Shown: in pieces, positions 10,012-19,451 of the stretch
Layout of the letters: each line of letters begins with the position of its first letter
How positions within the stretch are numbered: the stretch's first letter is position 1
Assembly (NCBI GenBank): GCA_963746735.1
Contig: CAVVCO010000013.1
Location: 51,253 to 115,252 of the forward strand
Reading direction: 5' to 3'
DNA: 64,000 bases
Source: an uncultured Ignavibacteriales bacterium
Lineage (GTDB): Bacteria > Bacteroidota > Ignavibacteria > Ignavibacteriales > Ignavibacteriaceae
Program-made: the position numbers and the translations under genes
Notes under the pieces: model-generated
What the model saw: the letters and a program-made list of their open reading frames with translations, nothing else
What the model was told of the DNA's origin: nothing
Databases searched by the model: none

Positions 10012-12018
10012 ATGAAAACATTCTTCATTTTATTGCTCATTGCTTTCGTCAACCTTTACCCGCAAAGTCCTGATTCATTATCAATTGACTCTTCAAAAAG
10101 GATTTTAGATTCGTTAACAACATCTTCGCATGATACAGCTACTGTTACCGATACAACAGGATTGTTTAGTACAAAAAAAAATAAAGCTAAAGCCGATACC
10201 TTAGTCCCATTGCATACGACAGCACTTTTTAACCATAGCGATTTTATTAGCAGGCAAGAATATTTGATGAATGATTACCGTTACACTGCAAACATTCTTC
10301 AAAACTCTGCTTCTGCTTTTCTTGCGGATAGAGGATTTATCGGGCAGCCAAATGAATTATATTTATACGGTATTGGAAACTCCGGCATAAGTTATTTAGA
10401 AGACGGCGTATTAATCAACAGCAGGATTTCGAATCAATATGATTTAAATAATTTTATGTCCGAACAAGTTGACTCGGTGGAAATGATTCCATTGCCGCGT
10501 GGCTTCTTATACGGGCCATTCAACAATCCCGTTTCGGTTAACTTGATAACAAAGGATTTAATTTTTGTAAAGCCTTACACTAAAGTAAAATATTACCAGG
10601 GTGCCGATGGGGAGGCATTTATAGATGCATTGTTCAACTCAATTGTATTTAAAAAATTTCTTTTAACGGTGGATATATCAAATAGAAAAGTCGACAGCAC
10701 CTATAGAAATTCAGACTATAGTCTTTGGCAGGGAAGATTTAAGCTTAAGTATTTATTGTCTAATAAAATTAATTTATCTGGTGATTACTCAATTGTAGAT
10801 TCAAAGCTGGGAATGAATAACGGAGTTGATGTCGACAGCATTTTAAAAACTACTTCGGATTATACAACAACTTTCTATGATAATTTAACCGCGCCGGTTC
10901 TTTCTCCTTTTCTCAGCCAGAATGTTAAACAGCATAATTTTAAAGTTGGAATGCTGGGAAAGTTTTTGGACAGCTCACTAACCAAGTTGAATTTCTATTA
11001 TCGCTTTGGACTTAAAGAAAGAAATTATGTTTCAGATTATCAGAAATTTCAATACAAAGATTATACTTATGGAGTGAATTTAGAACAAAATTATGATAAG
11101 GATTTTGTGAATGCAAAGATATTAGTGAACTATGAGAAATCAATTATGCATAGCCTGACTTATACGTCCTTTGAAGACTTTGATTTTAAAATAAATTCAA
11201 CAAGTTTCTCGATTTCGCCGATTATTTCATTTCCGCTATTAAATAAAAAATTAACTCCATCTGTTTATTATAAATTTGCAAACAGTAATTTTAATCGAGA
11301 CTACTTATCAAATTTATTTAAAAATCAGAACGGTTATGGTTTTGATGTCACATATAGTTTAGATAGTAATTACAGCTTTTACGCAGGCTATTCAACGTAT
11401 AAATATTTTACTGATTTCTATGCATATAATAAAAATTTTAGATCCATTGAATTAAGTACTCGAATGAAATTCCCATTTATGTCTATCAATGTAAAAATAT
11501 TTAGTAGAAATTCTGTCTTGACTAATTACGATATATATTCCTTATTTAATTTTGAACCATATTATTATTATTTCACTTATATAAATGGATTAGATTTGAA
11601 GTTAAATTTTAATTTTAAACCATTATTAGTTGAAACCCAAACTTCTTACATGTATGATTATAAAAAGGCTTCAAGTGAATTATTACCTCAATTACCCAAA
11701 ATTAATTTCATAGGCGGATTATTTTATAAAAATATTTTATTCAAAAATAATTTGAACCTTAAAACCGGATTTAAACTTTATTATTCCGGAGAAATGAATA
11801 GCCAAAATTATAATTCTACATACTGGCAAAATCTGGCATTTGCAACTATTCCTTCATCCTGGCATGTTGATTTTACTTTAGTCGGCGAAATTCAAAAAGT
11901 CGCTTATGTTTATTTCACCTGGGAAAATTTATTAGGGGAGCAGTATTATCTTGTTCCTTATTATCCAGCGCGTGGGCGTAATTTGCATTTCGGTGTTTCA
12001 TGGGAACTTTTTAACTAA
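10012..12018 (+). CDS. Outer-membrane beta-barrel protein with TonB-dependent-receptor plug-like N-terminus
   Basis: Signal peptide and a plug-like region (LYLYGIGNSGISYLEDGVLINS...VDSVEMIPLPRGFLYG). The remainder is long, Tyr/Asn-rich and has alternating beta character. The C-terminus is aromatic (WELFN). Confidence 0.55.
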   Translation: MKTFFILLLIAFVNLYPQSPDSLSIDSSKRILDSLTTSSHDTATVTDTTGLFSTKKNKAKADTLVPLHTTALFNHSDFISRQEYLMNDYRYTANILQNSASAFLADRGFIGQPNELYLYGIGNSGISYLEDGVLINSRISNQYDLNNFMSEQVDSVEMIPLPRGFLYGPFNNPVSVNLITKDLIFVKPYTKVKYYQGADGEAFIDALFNSIVFKKFLLTVDISNRKVDSTYRNSDYSLWQGRFKLKYLLSNKINLSGDYSIVDSKLGMNNGVDVDSILKTTSDYTTTFYDNLTAPVLSPFLSQNVKQHNFKVGMLGKFLDSSLTKLNFYYRFGLKERNYVSDYQKFQYKDYTYGVNLEQNYDKDFVNAKILVNYEKSIMHSLTYTSFEDFDFKINSTSFSISPIISFPLLNKKLTPSVYYKFANSNFNRDYLSNLFKNQNGYGFDVTYSLDSNYSFYAGYSTYKYFTDFYAYNKNFRSIELSTRMKFPFMSINVKIFSRNSVLTNYDIYSLFNFEPYYYYFTYINGLDLKLNFNFKPLLVETQTSYMYDYKKASSELLPQLPKINFIGGLFYKNILFKNNLNLKTGFKLYYSGEMNSQNYNSTYWQNLAFATIPSSWHVDFTLVGEIQKVAYVYFTWENLLGEQYYLVPYYPARGRNLHFGVSWELFN

Positions 12019-12050
12019 AAAGTTACTGCTGTTGTGCTGAATTTATTTCA

Positions 12051-12213
12051 CCCCTTTGGGGTTAAGGTAATTAGGTTATTGGTTTTATTATAGTAATATC
12101 AGCCCTTCGGGCTTGCAGTAAGTGGAAGAATTTTATTTAGATTAACGCCGAAGGCGTGAAATTATTATAAGATAAGACGTGGGAAGAACGACAATTCAGA
12201 ATCCCGAAGGGAT
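12051..12213. repeat. Array of four GC-core mini-hairpins in an AT-rich spacer
   Basis: CCCC-TTT-GGGG (12051-12061), AGCCC-TTC-GGGCT (12101-12113), ACGCC-GAA-GGCGT (12145-12157) and ATCCC-GAA-GGGAT (12201-12213). Confidence 0.6.
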
Positions 12214-12282
12214 GACATAAAGAGATTTGAAGTTGGATATATAATTTTGTTACAAACAATTCAAATAAAAGATGTTTAAATC

Positions 12283-13668
12283 TTGATTTCAAAACTTAAA
12301 AACAAAACCACTGTAATCTATTTCGCAGGTATATTGTCAGAAATATTTTACCTGCTCTTTGTTTTTTTAGACACATATCGGAATGTTCCGCTCTACATGT
12401 TCATTTATTTTGAAGCATTCATTGTTTTCCTGATTACGTTTTATGTAATTCAAAAAAACTATTTAGAGATTAATAATCAAACTAAAAATGAGAAGCTGCT
12501 TAAAATACTTTCATGGTTTGCAAGAATTATTTCGTTTGATGGTGAAGATAAATCAAAATTAAAAATCCCGCTTTTTATTTTACTTTTTGGAATTCTTTTC
12601 AGACTTTCACTTTTCCCAACATTACCAACTACTTCACCTGATGTTTATAGGTATGTTTGGGAAGGAAAAGTTTTATACAACGGATACAATCCGTTTGATT
12701 ATCCACCTAACTCGCCTGAACTAAATAAACTTCACTCAAAACTTTTACCGGATAAAGTTGAATACAAAGATATGGCTGCAATTTACCCGCCGATGTCGCA
12801 ATTAAGTTTTGCAGTATCTTATGCAATATTCGGCGAAAGTCTAATTGGATTAAAAATAATTTATCTCATCTGTGAAATTTTAACAATGATTTATTTGTTA
12901 AAACTTCTTAATCTAAAAAAGAAAAACTTAAACCTAATTTTGTTGTATGCCTGGCTCCCGCTTCCGATTATGGAATATTTTATTAATATTCACCTTGAAC
13001 CGTTCGCAATTGTCTTCATGATAATTTTTATTTACTACATGGAGAAAGGTTATCACTTAATAGCAGCGGTGCCGTTTACATTTGCATTCCTTTCAAAGTT
13101 TTATCCTATTATTCTATTTCCGCTGCTTATTAAAAAAATCAGAATTAAAAAAACATTTTACTTTACGGTTATCTTTTCAATTATAACTCTCTTGTTTTAT
13201 TTGCCTTTTGTAAGTGATAAGTTAGGAATATTTAAAGCGCTTGGCAGGTATCTTGAAAATTGGGATTATAATTCATCGGTATTTAAAATACTTCAAATGT
13301 TTACCACGGATGGGGACACAATAAGATTAATTTGTTCAATTGGGTTGATGCTGTCGATTGGCATTATTGCAAACATGTACCTTGATTTTACTAGAGCAGC
13401 ACTCGGAATTTTTATTGCGTTCATTGTATTTTCAACCACAGTGCATCCCTGGTATCTTGGTTGGCTTGCAGCAATAAACCCGGTAACAAATTTTATTTCT
13501 GTCTTAAGTTTATTTTTTACCGTTGGCTTAACTAGCTTCAGTTATATAGGCAAGTGGCACGACTATACAGCAGTAGTTTTAGTTGAGTATACTTTTTTCT
13601 TTTTATTTTTAATTTATGATTTAAGTAAATTAAGCAAGAAAAATAGATTAAATGGAAACTTAGATTGA
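12283..13668 (+). CDS. Polytopic GT-C-like glycosyltransferase (DUF2029/GT87-like)
   Basis: More than 10 TM helices. The first loop motif PDVYRYVWEGKVLYNGYNPFDYPP resembles PimE/DUF2029 mannosyltransferases. TTG start; the true start is uncertain. Confidence 0.45.
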   Translation: MISKLKNKTTVIYFAGILSEIFYLLFVFLDTYRNVPLYMFIYFEAFIVFLITFYVIQKNYLEINNQTKNEKLLKILSWFARIISFDGEDKSKLKIPLFILLFGILFRLSLFPTLPTTSPDVYRYVWEGKVLYNGYNPFDYPPNSPELNKLHSKLLPDKVEYKDMAAIYPPMSQLSFAVSYAIFGESLIGLKIIYLICEILTMIYLLKLLNLKKKNLNLILLYAWLPLPIMEYFINIHLEPFAIVFMIIFIYYMEKGYHLIAAVPFTFAFLSKFYPIILFPLLIKKIRIKKTFYFTVIFSIITLLFYLPFVSDKLGIFKALGRYLENWDYNSSVFKILQMFTTDGDTIRLICSIGLMLSIGIIANMYLDFTRAALGIFIAFIVFSTTVHPWYLGWLAAINPVTNFISVLSLFFTVGLTSFSYIGKWHDYTAVVLVEYTFFFLFLIYDLSKLSKKNRLNGNLD

Positions 13669-13781
13669 TTAAGTTTTTAATTATAGCGAGATAAAAATTG
13701 TTTCAAATGCTTAAATTTTTTGTAATGTGGCAAGTAAGTAATCATTAGACTATATTTAATGAGAAGAAAAGGAAAATCAAC

Positions 13782-14081
13782 ATGAATAAGATTGAAGTAA
13801 AAAATAGAATAGTGGATTCATTAAAAGGACAAAAAGAAGTAGAAAAGATCATTATTTTTGGTTCTTTTAACAAAAACGATTCTCCAAATGATATTGATAT
13901 TGCTGTGGTTCAAAACAGTTCTGAAAACTATTTAACTCTTGCGTTAAAATATCGTAAACTTATTAGAAGTATTTCAAAAGAAATAGCTGTTGACATTTTC
14001 CCTATTATAGAGAAAAATAATAACAACTTTTTCACAAATGAAGTTGAATCTGGGGAAGTGATTTATGCAAGAGGAAACTGA
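13782..14081 (+). CDS. Minimal nucleotidyltransferase (MNT) domain protein, putative antitoxin
   Basis: IIIFGSFNKNDSPNDIDIAV matches the GS-x(n)-DxD pol-beta NTase motif. It overlaps the downstream HEPN gene by 17 nt. Confidence 0.8.
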   Translation: MNKIEVKNRIVDSLKGQKEVEKIIIFGSFNKNDSPNDIDIAVVQNSSENYLTLALKYRKLIRSISKEIAVDIFPIIEKNNNNFFTNEVESGEVIYARGN

Positions 14082-14451
14082 AAGTTGGCTTAAATATTCA
14101 GAAGAAAATCTTGAGGCAGCCATTGTCCTTCTTAAAAGTGAGCTTTATAATCCTTGCCTTCACAACATTCAACAATCAGTTGAGAAAGCATTAAAATCAT
14201 TGTTTATTGAAAAAATAATTTCTTTTAAGAAAACTCATAACATTATGGAATTGAAAACCATTTTAGTAAAGAATGGTATTGTAATAGATTTAACTGAAGA
14301 TGAATGTGATTTTTTAGATAGTATTTATTTACCTACCAAATATCCTATCGGAAGTGCACTTCCTGATTTTTATCCAGATAAAGAAATTTGTAAGAATTCA
14401 ATTACATTGGCTGAACGAGTAATAAAAGAAGTTAAAAACTTAATTAGTTAA
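14065..14451 (+). CDS. HEPN domain protein, putative toxin partner of the MNT
   Basis: 128 aa, helical. NIQQSVEKALKSLFIEK...KKTHNIMEL...YLPTKYP resembles the PF05168-type HEPN. No clear Rx4-6H motif is seen. Confidence 0.7.
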   Translation: MQEETESWLKYSEENLEAAIVLLKSELYNPCLHNIQQSVEKALKSLFIEKIISFKKTHNIMELKTILVKNGIVIDLTEDECDFLDSIYLPTKYPIGSALPDFYPDKEICKNSITLAERVIKEVKNLIS

Positions 14452-14496
14452 AATGCCACAGAAAAAGAGCATGCTTGTTTATACACTTTATAAAAA

Positions 14497-15216
14497 TTAT
14501 AAGCTCAGCATATCTTTAAATTTAGCTGCCTGCCTTCTTGAAACTTCAATTTTATTCCCGCCTTTTAGCTTTACAAGCAAACCGCCGTTTAGCCAGGGTT
14601 CAATATTCTCAACCCATTTTAAATTGATGATATGTTTTCTGTTTGCCCTAAAGAAAGTTTTGTTGTCTAAACGTTCATCTAGATAATTAAGTGTTTTTAA
14701 AATTAATGGCTTGTTCTCATCAAAATATAAACGGACATAGTTACCTTCTGACTCAAATAATTTTACGGAAGATAATCTTACAAACCAGCATCTATCACCG
14801 TCTTTAACAAATACCTGGTCGTCTTCTTTTAACGCTGAGCTGGAAGATTCTTTTTTAGCTTCCTGCTTATTCGTAGATAAAACTTTTCTAATTGCTTCTT
14901 CAAGTCGTTTGGGTTCAATTGGCTTAAGAAGATAATCAAGTGCGCTGTACTCAAATGCTTTTAAAGCATATTCATCATAAGCAGTGGTAAAAATAACGGT
15001 AGGAACGCTGTCTAATTCTTCCAGCAATTCAAAACCGTTTTTGCCCGGCATTTGAATATCTAAAAAAATTAAATCCGGCGAGAGTTCATTTATTTTAGAA
15101 ATCGCATCATCAACATTTACTGCTTCTCCGATAATTTCTATTTCTTTAAATGGAGCTAACAATCTTTTTAGCTCAACTCTTGCTAATCTTTCATCGTCAA
15201 TTACTAAAGCTTTCAT
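14497..15216 (-). CDS. LytTR-family response regulator
   Basis: Receiver domain (LVIDDE...DLIFLDIQMPG) plus a LytTR DNA-binding C-terminus (FFRANRKHIINLKWV). Confidence 0.9.
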   Translation of the reverse strand: MKALVIDDERLARVELKRLLAPFKEIEIIGEAVNVDDAISKINELSPDLIFLDIQMPGKNGFELLEELDSVPTVIFTTAYDEYALKAFEYSALDYLLKPIEPKRLEEAIRKVLSTNKQEAKKESSSSALKEDDQVFVKDGDRCWFVRLSSVKLFESEGNYVRLYFDENKPLILKTLNYLDERLDNKTFFRANRKHIINLKWVENIEPWLNGGLLVKLKGGNKIEVSRRQAAKFKDMLSL

Positions 15217-16336
15217 TTTTTATTCCTCCTATTGGGATTTCAATTTCAACAGCGACATTGTTTTCGTCAAAGTTATAAATATTAAATTTTCCTTCTTCGC
15301 CGTAAAGAAGATTCAGGCGGTGCCGGGTGTTATTTAAACCAAACCCGGTTGAATTTTTTATTTCATCTTCAATAATTTTACCGGTGTTTTTAATTAGAAT
15401 TTTCAATTTTGAATCAATCACTTTTGAGTTTATCGAAATTTCTCCGCCATGCTGCATTTTTGATATTCCATGTTTAATTCCGTTTTCAACTAAAGTCTGA
15501 ATCATCATGGGCGGTATTTCTACTTTGGCGGAAGAGGGAGAAATATTAATGTTATACTTTAATCTTTCTTCAAATCTAACGCTTTCAAGAGCAAGATAAT
15601 CTTCCACTGTTTTCATTTCTTCCTCGAAAGGTACCGTTTCGTTTCTTTCAATCTTTAAAGAGTATCTTAAAATATTGGACATCTTAGTAATTGCATTCTT
15701 TGCAACTTCAGGGTTTTCTTCAATGAGCGCCCTTATGCTGTTCATCGCATTGAACATAAAATGGGGGTTAAGCTGCGACTTTAATGTTTTCAATTCAAAA
15801 TCTTTTACGGCTGCTTCCCAAATCAATGCTTCTATTTCCGCTTTCTGGTAATTCTCAAAATAGTGAACAGTAAAATATATCAAGCACCAGACTAAAACTA
15901 CACTGCTCAAATTAAAAACTACTACAAAAGGAGTTATTAATTTGAACTTTGAGAGATCCGTAATGTTGAACGTAACATTTAAAGCATAAGTAATTACAAA
16001 CATTACAGCGCCTATGATCAAGCTTGAAATAAGAACTCGTGGAATAATTTTTTTTGGTGAAAGATTTAGCCAGCCATTTTTTTTTATTATTGAACGTAAA
16101 AAATGTGTAAACGAGATTCCTAAAAGCCCAAGCAATATCCAAAGCAAAAAGCGTTGAATTGTAATCCCTTCATATGAAGTAACTACAATAATATTAATTA
16201 TTGAAAAAAGCATCCAACCGCCAACTTGACTTAGCCAATAGAACTTAGTCCTATTTTTTTCAATTTTCCAATAATTATTTTGCGTTAACAAATTAATACC
16301 TGGTAATGATTCAATACTATGTATAATCGTTGTCAT
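15197..16336 (-). CDS. LytS/YehU-type sensor histidine kinase
   Basis: N-terminal TM helices, His_kinase motif LNPHFMFNAMNSI and HATPase_c (ENGIKHG...GFGLNN). It overlaps the response regulator gene. Confidence 0.85.
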   Translation of the reverse strand: MTTIIHSIESLPGINLLTQNNYWKIEKNRTKFYWLSQVGGWMLFSIINIIVVTSYEGITIQRFLLWILLGLLGISFTHFLRSIIKKNGWLNLSPKKIIPRVLISSLIIGAVMFVITYALNVTFNITDLSKFKLITPFVVVFNLSSVVLVWCLIYFTVHYFENYQKAEIEALIWEAAVKDFELKTLKSQLNPHFMFNAMNSIRALIEENPEVAKNAITKMSNILRYSLKIERNETVPFEEEMKTVEDYLALESVRFEERLKYNINISPSSAKVEIPPMMIQTLVENGIKHGISKMQHGGEISINSKVIDSKLKILIKNTGKIIEDEIKNSTGFGLNNTRHRLNLLYGEEGKFNIYNFDENNVAVEIEIPIGGIKNESFSN

Positions 16337-16399
16337 CTAATTTAATCTTATCGTATCTAAAAGAAAATATTTAAAATTTATTTGCTCAAATAATAAAAT

Positions 16400-16708
16400 T
16401 AAAACCTCCAGGGTATTTTAATATCGATTAGAAATGTTACAGAAATATTAAAGCTAATAGTAAAACCTCGGAAGTTTTGCTGTTCTAATGACTATCCCGC
16501 AGGATGTTTTTGACTTATTTATAAATCCACATGCTAAAAATAGGTTAAGTAAAACTGAAAGATTGAATTAATATTATTAGCGGAATAATAATTGGATGTG
16601 TGGTTTGAAAAATGAAGATAAAGACGCACTTGAAAGATTAAAACCTCCGGGGTTTTCTTACTTAGATTAAAAGCGTAAATACTAAATAATATAACCCGGG
16701 AGGTTTAA
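16400..16708. repeat. Four copies of an AAAACCTCCGGGGTTTT-type hairpin element
   Basis: Copies at 16400-16419, 16462-16478 and 16640-16656 (AAAACC-TCCGG-GGTTTT), plus an inverted copy at 16693-16708. A related ATCC-CGCA-GGAT hairpin lies at 16494-16505. Confidence 0.6.
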
Positions 16709-16721
16709 GCAAATATGTTGA

Positions 16722-18083
16722 TCAATACAAATTCAAAATATCGTTGTAAATTATAAACGCCATAAGCAGCAATAAAAGTGCAAGCCCTGTATTTTGAATT
16801 ACGAGTTTTATCTTTATCGGAATTTCTCTTTTTATCGCACCTTCAATTAGGATTATCACCAGATGCCCGCCATCCAAAACGGGGAAGGGCATAATATTTA
16901 AAATTGCGAGACTCAAACTTAATAAAGCAAGAAATCTTAAAAAGCTAACAATTCCGGTTTCGGCAGATTTAGTAGCATACTTTGCAATTCCAATCGGACC
17001 TGTGAATGTTTGCCTGAAAGCTACTTCTCCTTTAATTACTTTACCGGCTGTTTTAAAAGTAAGCTCGGTAATCATAACAATATCTTGCCAGCCGTATTTA
17101 AAGGATTCAAAAAAGCCGAAAGTTTTTCTTTCGATTTTGCCGTGATAAATTTGAGAAATTTGTATTCCAAGTATTCCATCTTTTCCAGGGGTTGCTGACA
17201 AATCAACTTTCTGTGAGTCTCTTAAAACTTCAACGGGGAAAGTCTGCAGCTTATGGCTGGAAATAATTTGAGTTGCTTCATAACTAGAATTAACATCTTG
17301 GTTATTCAGTTTTAAAATCAAGTCGCCGCTTTTCAGTCCTGCTTTTTCAGCAGGGGAGTTAGGAACAACTTCGGCAATTAAAGGTTTGCCTAAACCATCC
17401 ACTGAGAGTATAGGCTCATTAGTTGCCTTTTGGGGAAGCTTCTTCCATGGAATATCTAATGTTTCTTGTTTTCCTTTTCTTAAAAGATTTACATGAAGCT
17501 CATCACCAATATTATTAACAAGTAATTCGGAATTTAATTCCTGCCAGTCATTTACTTTGTTTCCATTAATTGAAAGAACTTTGTCACCTTGTTTAAATCC
17601 TAAAGAATCTGCTATGCTATGTTCTGCTACATAACCGATTGTAGTTGACTTAATAATATTTTCACCCTGGAAAAATCTGATTCCCCAAAAAACAAGCATG
17701 GCAAGAACGAAATTCATAAAAACGCCGGCGGAAATTACGATTACTTTTTGCCAGGTTGGTTTAGCACGGAATTCATAAGGCTGTGGTTCTTCGTTAGCAA
17801 ATTTTGTATCGAAACTTTCATCAACCATACCGGCAATTTTAACATAGCCGCCTAAAGGAAGTAAGCTTAGTCGATAATCTGTATGCCCGCCTCCGTCAAA
17901 ATCTTTTGGCAAATCTCCGAATGTAAAACCATTAATTTTATTCCAGCCAAATAACCTTTTTCCGAATCCGATAGCAAATACATCAGCACGCATTCCGCAA
18001 AGTTTGGCAGCGGCAAAATGACCGAACTCATGTACAAATACCAGAATGCCGATTGTGATTATAAAATAAATTACATAGTCCAT
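16722..18083 (-). CDS. rseP: RIP metalloprotease RseP (site-2 protease)
   Basis: HEFGHF zinc motif in TM1, PDZ domains, C-terminal LDGGH motif. It is adjacent to dxr, as in many bacteria. Confidence 0.9.
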   Translation of the reverse strand: MDYVIYFIITIGILVFVHEFGHFAAAKLCGMRADVFAIGFGKRLFGWNKINGFTFGDLPKDFDGGGHTDYRLSLLPLGGYVKIAGMVDESFDTKFANEEPQPYEFRAKPTWQKVIVISAGVFMNFVLAMLVFWGIRFFQGENIIKSTTIGYVAEHSIADSLGFKQGDKVLSINGNKVNDWQELNSELLVNNIGDELHVNLLRKGKQETLDIPWKKLPQKATNEPILSVDGLGKPLIAEVVPNSPAEKAGLKSGDLILKLNNQDVNSSYEATQIISSHKLQTFPVEVLRDSQKVDLSATPGKDGILGIQISQIYHGKIERKTFGFFESFKYGWQDIVMITELTFKTAGKVIKGEVAFRQTFTGPIGIAKYATKSAETGIVSFLRFLALLSLSLAILNIMPFPVLDGGHLVIILIEGAIKREIPIKIKLVIQNTGLALLLLLMAFIIYNDILNLY

Positions 18084-18100
18084 TAAATTTTAATTCTCCT

Positions 18101-19264
18101 TTAATTCAAATTTTTTACGAATTCTCTTGTCTGATTATCGCATTCAAAAATCGTTTCAATATTTGTTGTTTTATGGTTCTCAACAGAATCAAGCGCTTTT
18201 TTAATTAGATAAGGAATTTGAGAAAACTTTATTTCTTTCTTTAAAAATCTTTCAACGGCTATTTCATTGGCTGCATTCATAATACAAGGGGAGGTGCCGC
18301 CAGACGATAATACCTTGTAAGCTAGATTTAGACATTCAAATTTATCAAAGTCCGGTTCAATAAAAGTTAAATTTTTTATTTTTGTTAAATTCGTTTTAAC
18401 AAAATCGCTTTTACATCTTTCCGGGTAAGTAAGTGCATATTGAATCGGAAGCTTCATATCCGGCAATCCCATTTGAGCTTTAATTGAACCATCAATAAAC
18501 TCAACCATCGAATGAACAATTGACTGCGGATGAATGACTACTTCAATTTTTTCTTTAGGAATATTGAACAGCCAATGAGCTTCAATCACTTCCAGGCATT
18601 TATTCATCATCGAAGCAGAATCAATGGTAACTTTATTTCCCATTTTCCAGTTGGGATGATTCAAAGCTTCTTCGACAGTAACATTTTCAAAATACTTTTT
18701 TTCTTTATAAAGAAAAGGTCCGCCTGAAGCAGTTAAAATTAATTTTTCAACCTCGGAAATTTTCTCTCCAACAAGGCATTGATAAATAGCACTATGTTCG
18801 GAATCTACAGGAATGATTTCCGAATCATATTTCTCGCAAAGCTTAGTAATCAATTCACCGGCAACAACCAGAGTTTCCTTATTCGCCAGGGCGATTCTTT
18901 TACCGCGTTTTATTGCTTCAATAGTTGGTTTAAGTCCGGCAAATCCAACCATTGCGCCGATTAAAATATCATAATCTAATTTTGCGGCAATGGAAACTAA
19001 TCCATCAATACCTGAAAGGACTTCACATTTACCCTGCCTACCAGCAGGCAGGTTCTTTAATTTTTTTCTTAATTCTTCTGCAGCTTTTTCTTCTTTTACA
19101 ACAACAATATTAGGACGAAATTCTTCAATCTGTGGTTCCAACAAATCTATTCTCTTATTTACAGTAAGTGCAGCAACCTGGAATTTATCTGGGAAGTTTC
19201 GGATAACATTTAATGCATTTACCCCGATTGACCCCGTTGAACCTAATATTAATATCTTTTTCAT
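18101..19264 (-). CDS. dxr: 1-deoxy-D-xylulose-5-phosphate reductoisomerase
   Basis: LGSTGSIG NADPH-binding motif, ANKE, DSEHSA and a NHPNWxMG signature. Confidence 0.95.
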   Translation of the reverse strand: MKKILILGSTGSIGVNALNVIRNFPDKFQVAALTVNKRIDLLEPQIEEFRPNIVVVKEEKAAEELRKKLKNLPAGRQGKCEVLSGIDGLVSIAAKLDYDILIGAMVGFAGLKPTIEAIKRGKRIALANKETLVVAGELITKLCEKYDSEIIPVDSEHSAIYQCLVGEKISEVEKLILTASGGPFLYKEKKYFENVTVEEALNHPNWKMGNKVTIDSASMMNKCLEVIEAHWLFNIPKEKIEVVIHPQSIVHSMVEFIDGSIKAQMGLPDMKLPIQYALTYPERCKSDFVKTNLTKIKNLTFIEPDFDKFECLNLAYKVLSSGGTSPCIMNAANEIAVERFLKKEIKFSQIPYLIKKALDSVENHKTTNIETIFECDNQTREFVKNLN

Positions 19265-19451
19265 AATTATTTGTTTAAAAGCTACTAAAACTATTAAAGA
19301 AAGGCTACTTAATCAATGTAAATCAATCTCTCAATATTCGAAGTATTTCAAAAATAACCAAAATTTTGGCACTATTATTTGATTTTGTTTACTAAACAAT
19401 TATATATAATTACTAAATCCATTCATTAATTTAAGATTAACCGGAAGGCTT

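Noticed and set aside
14453-14686. Plus-strand ORF of 77 aa after the HEPN gene
   Set aside because: It overlaps the 3' end of the minus-strand LytTR response regulator in antisense and is hydrophobic and low-complexity.
18530-19382. Plus-strand ORFs antisense to dxr (18530-18727, 18779-18964, 18990-19382)
   Set aside because: They are antisense shadows of dxr with low-complexity translations.
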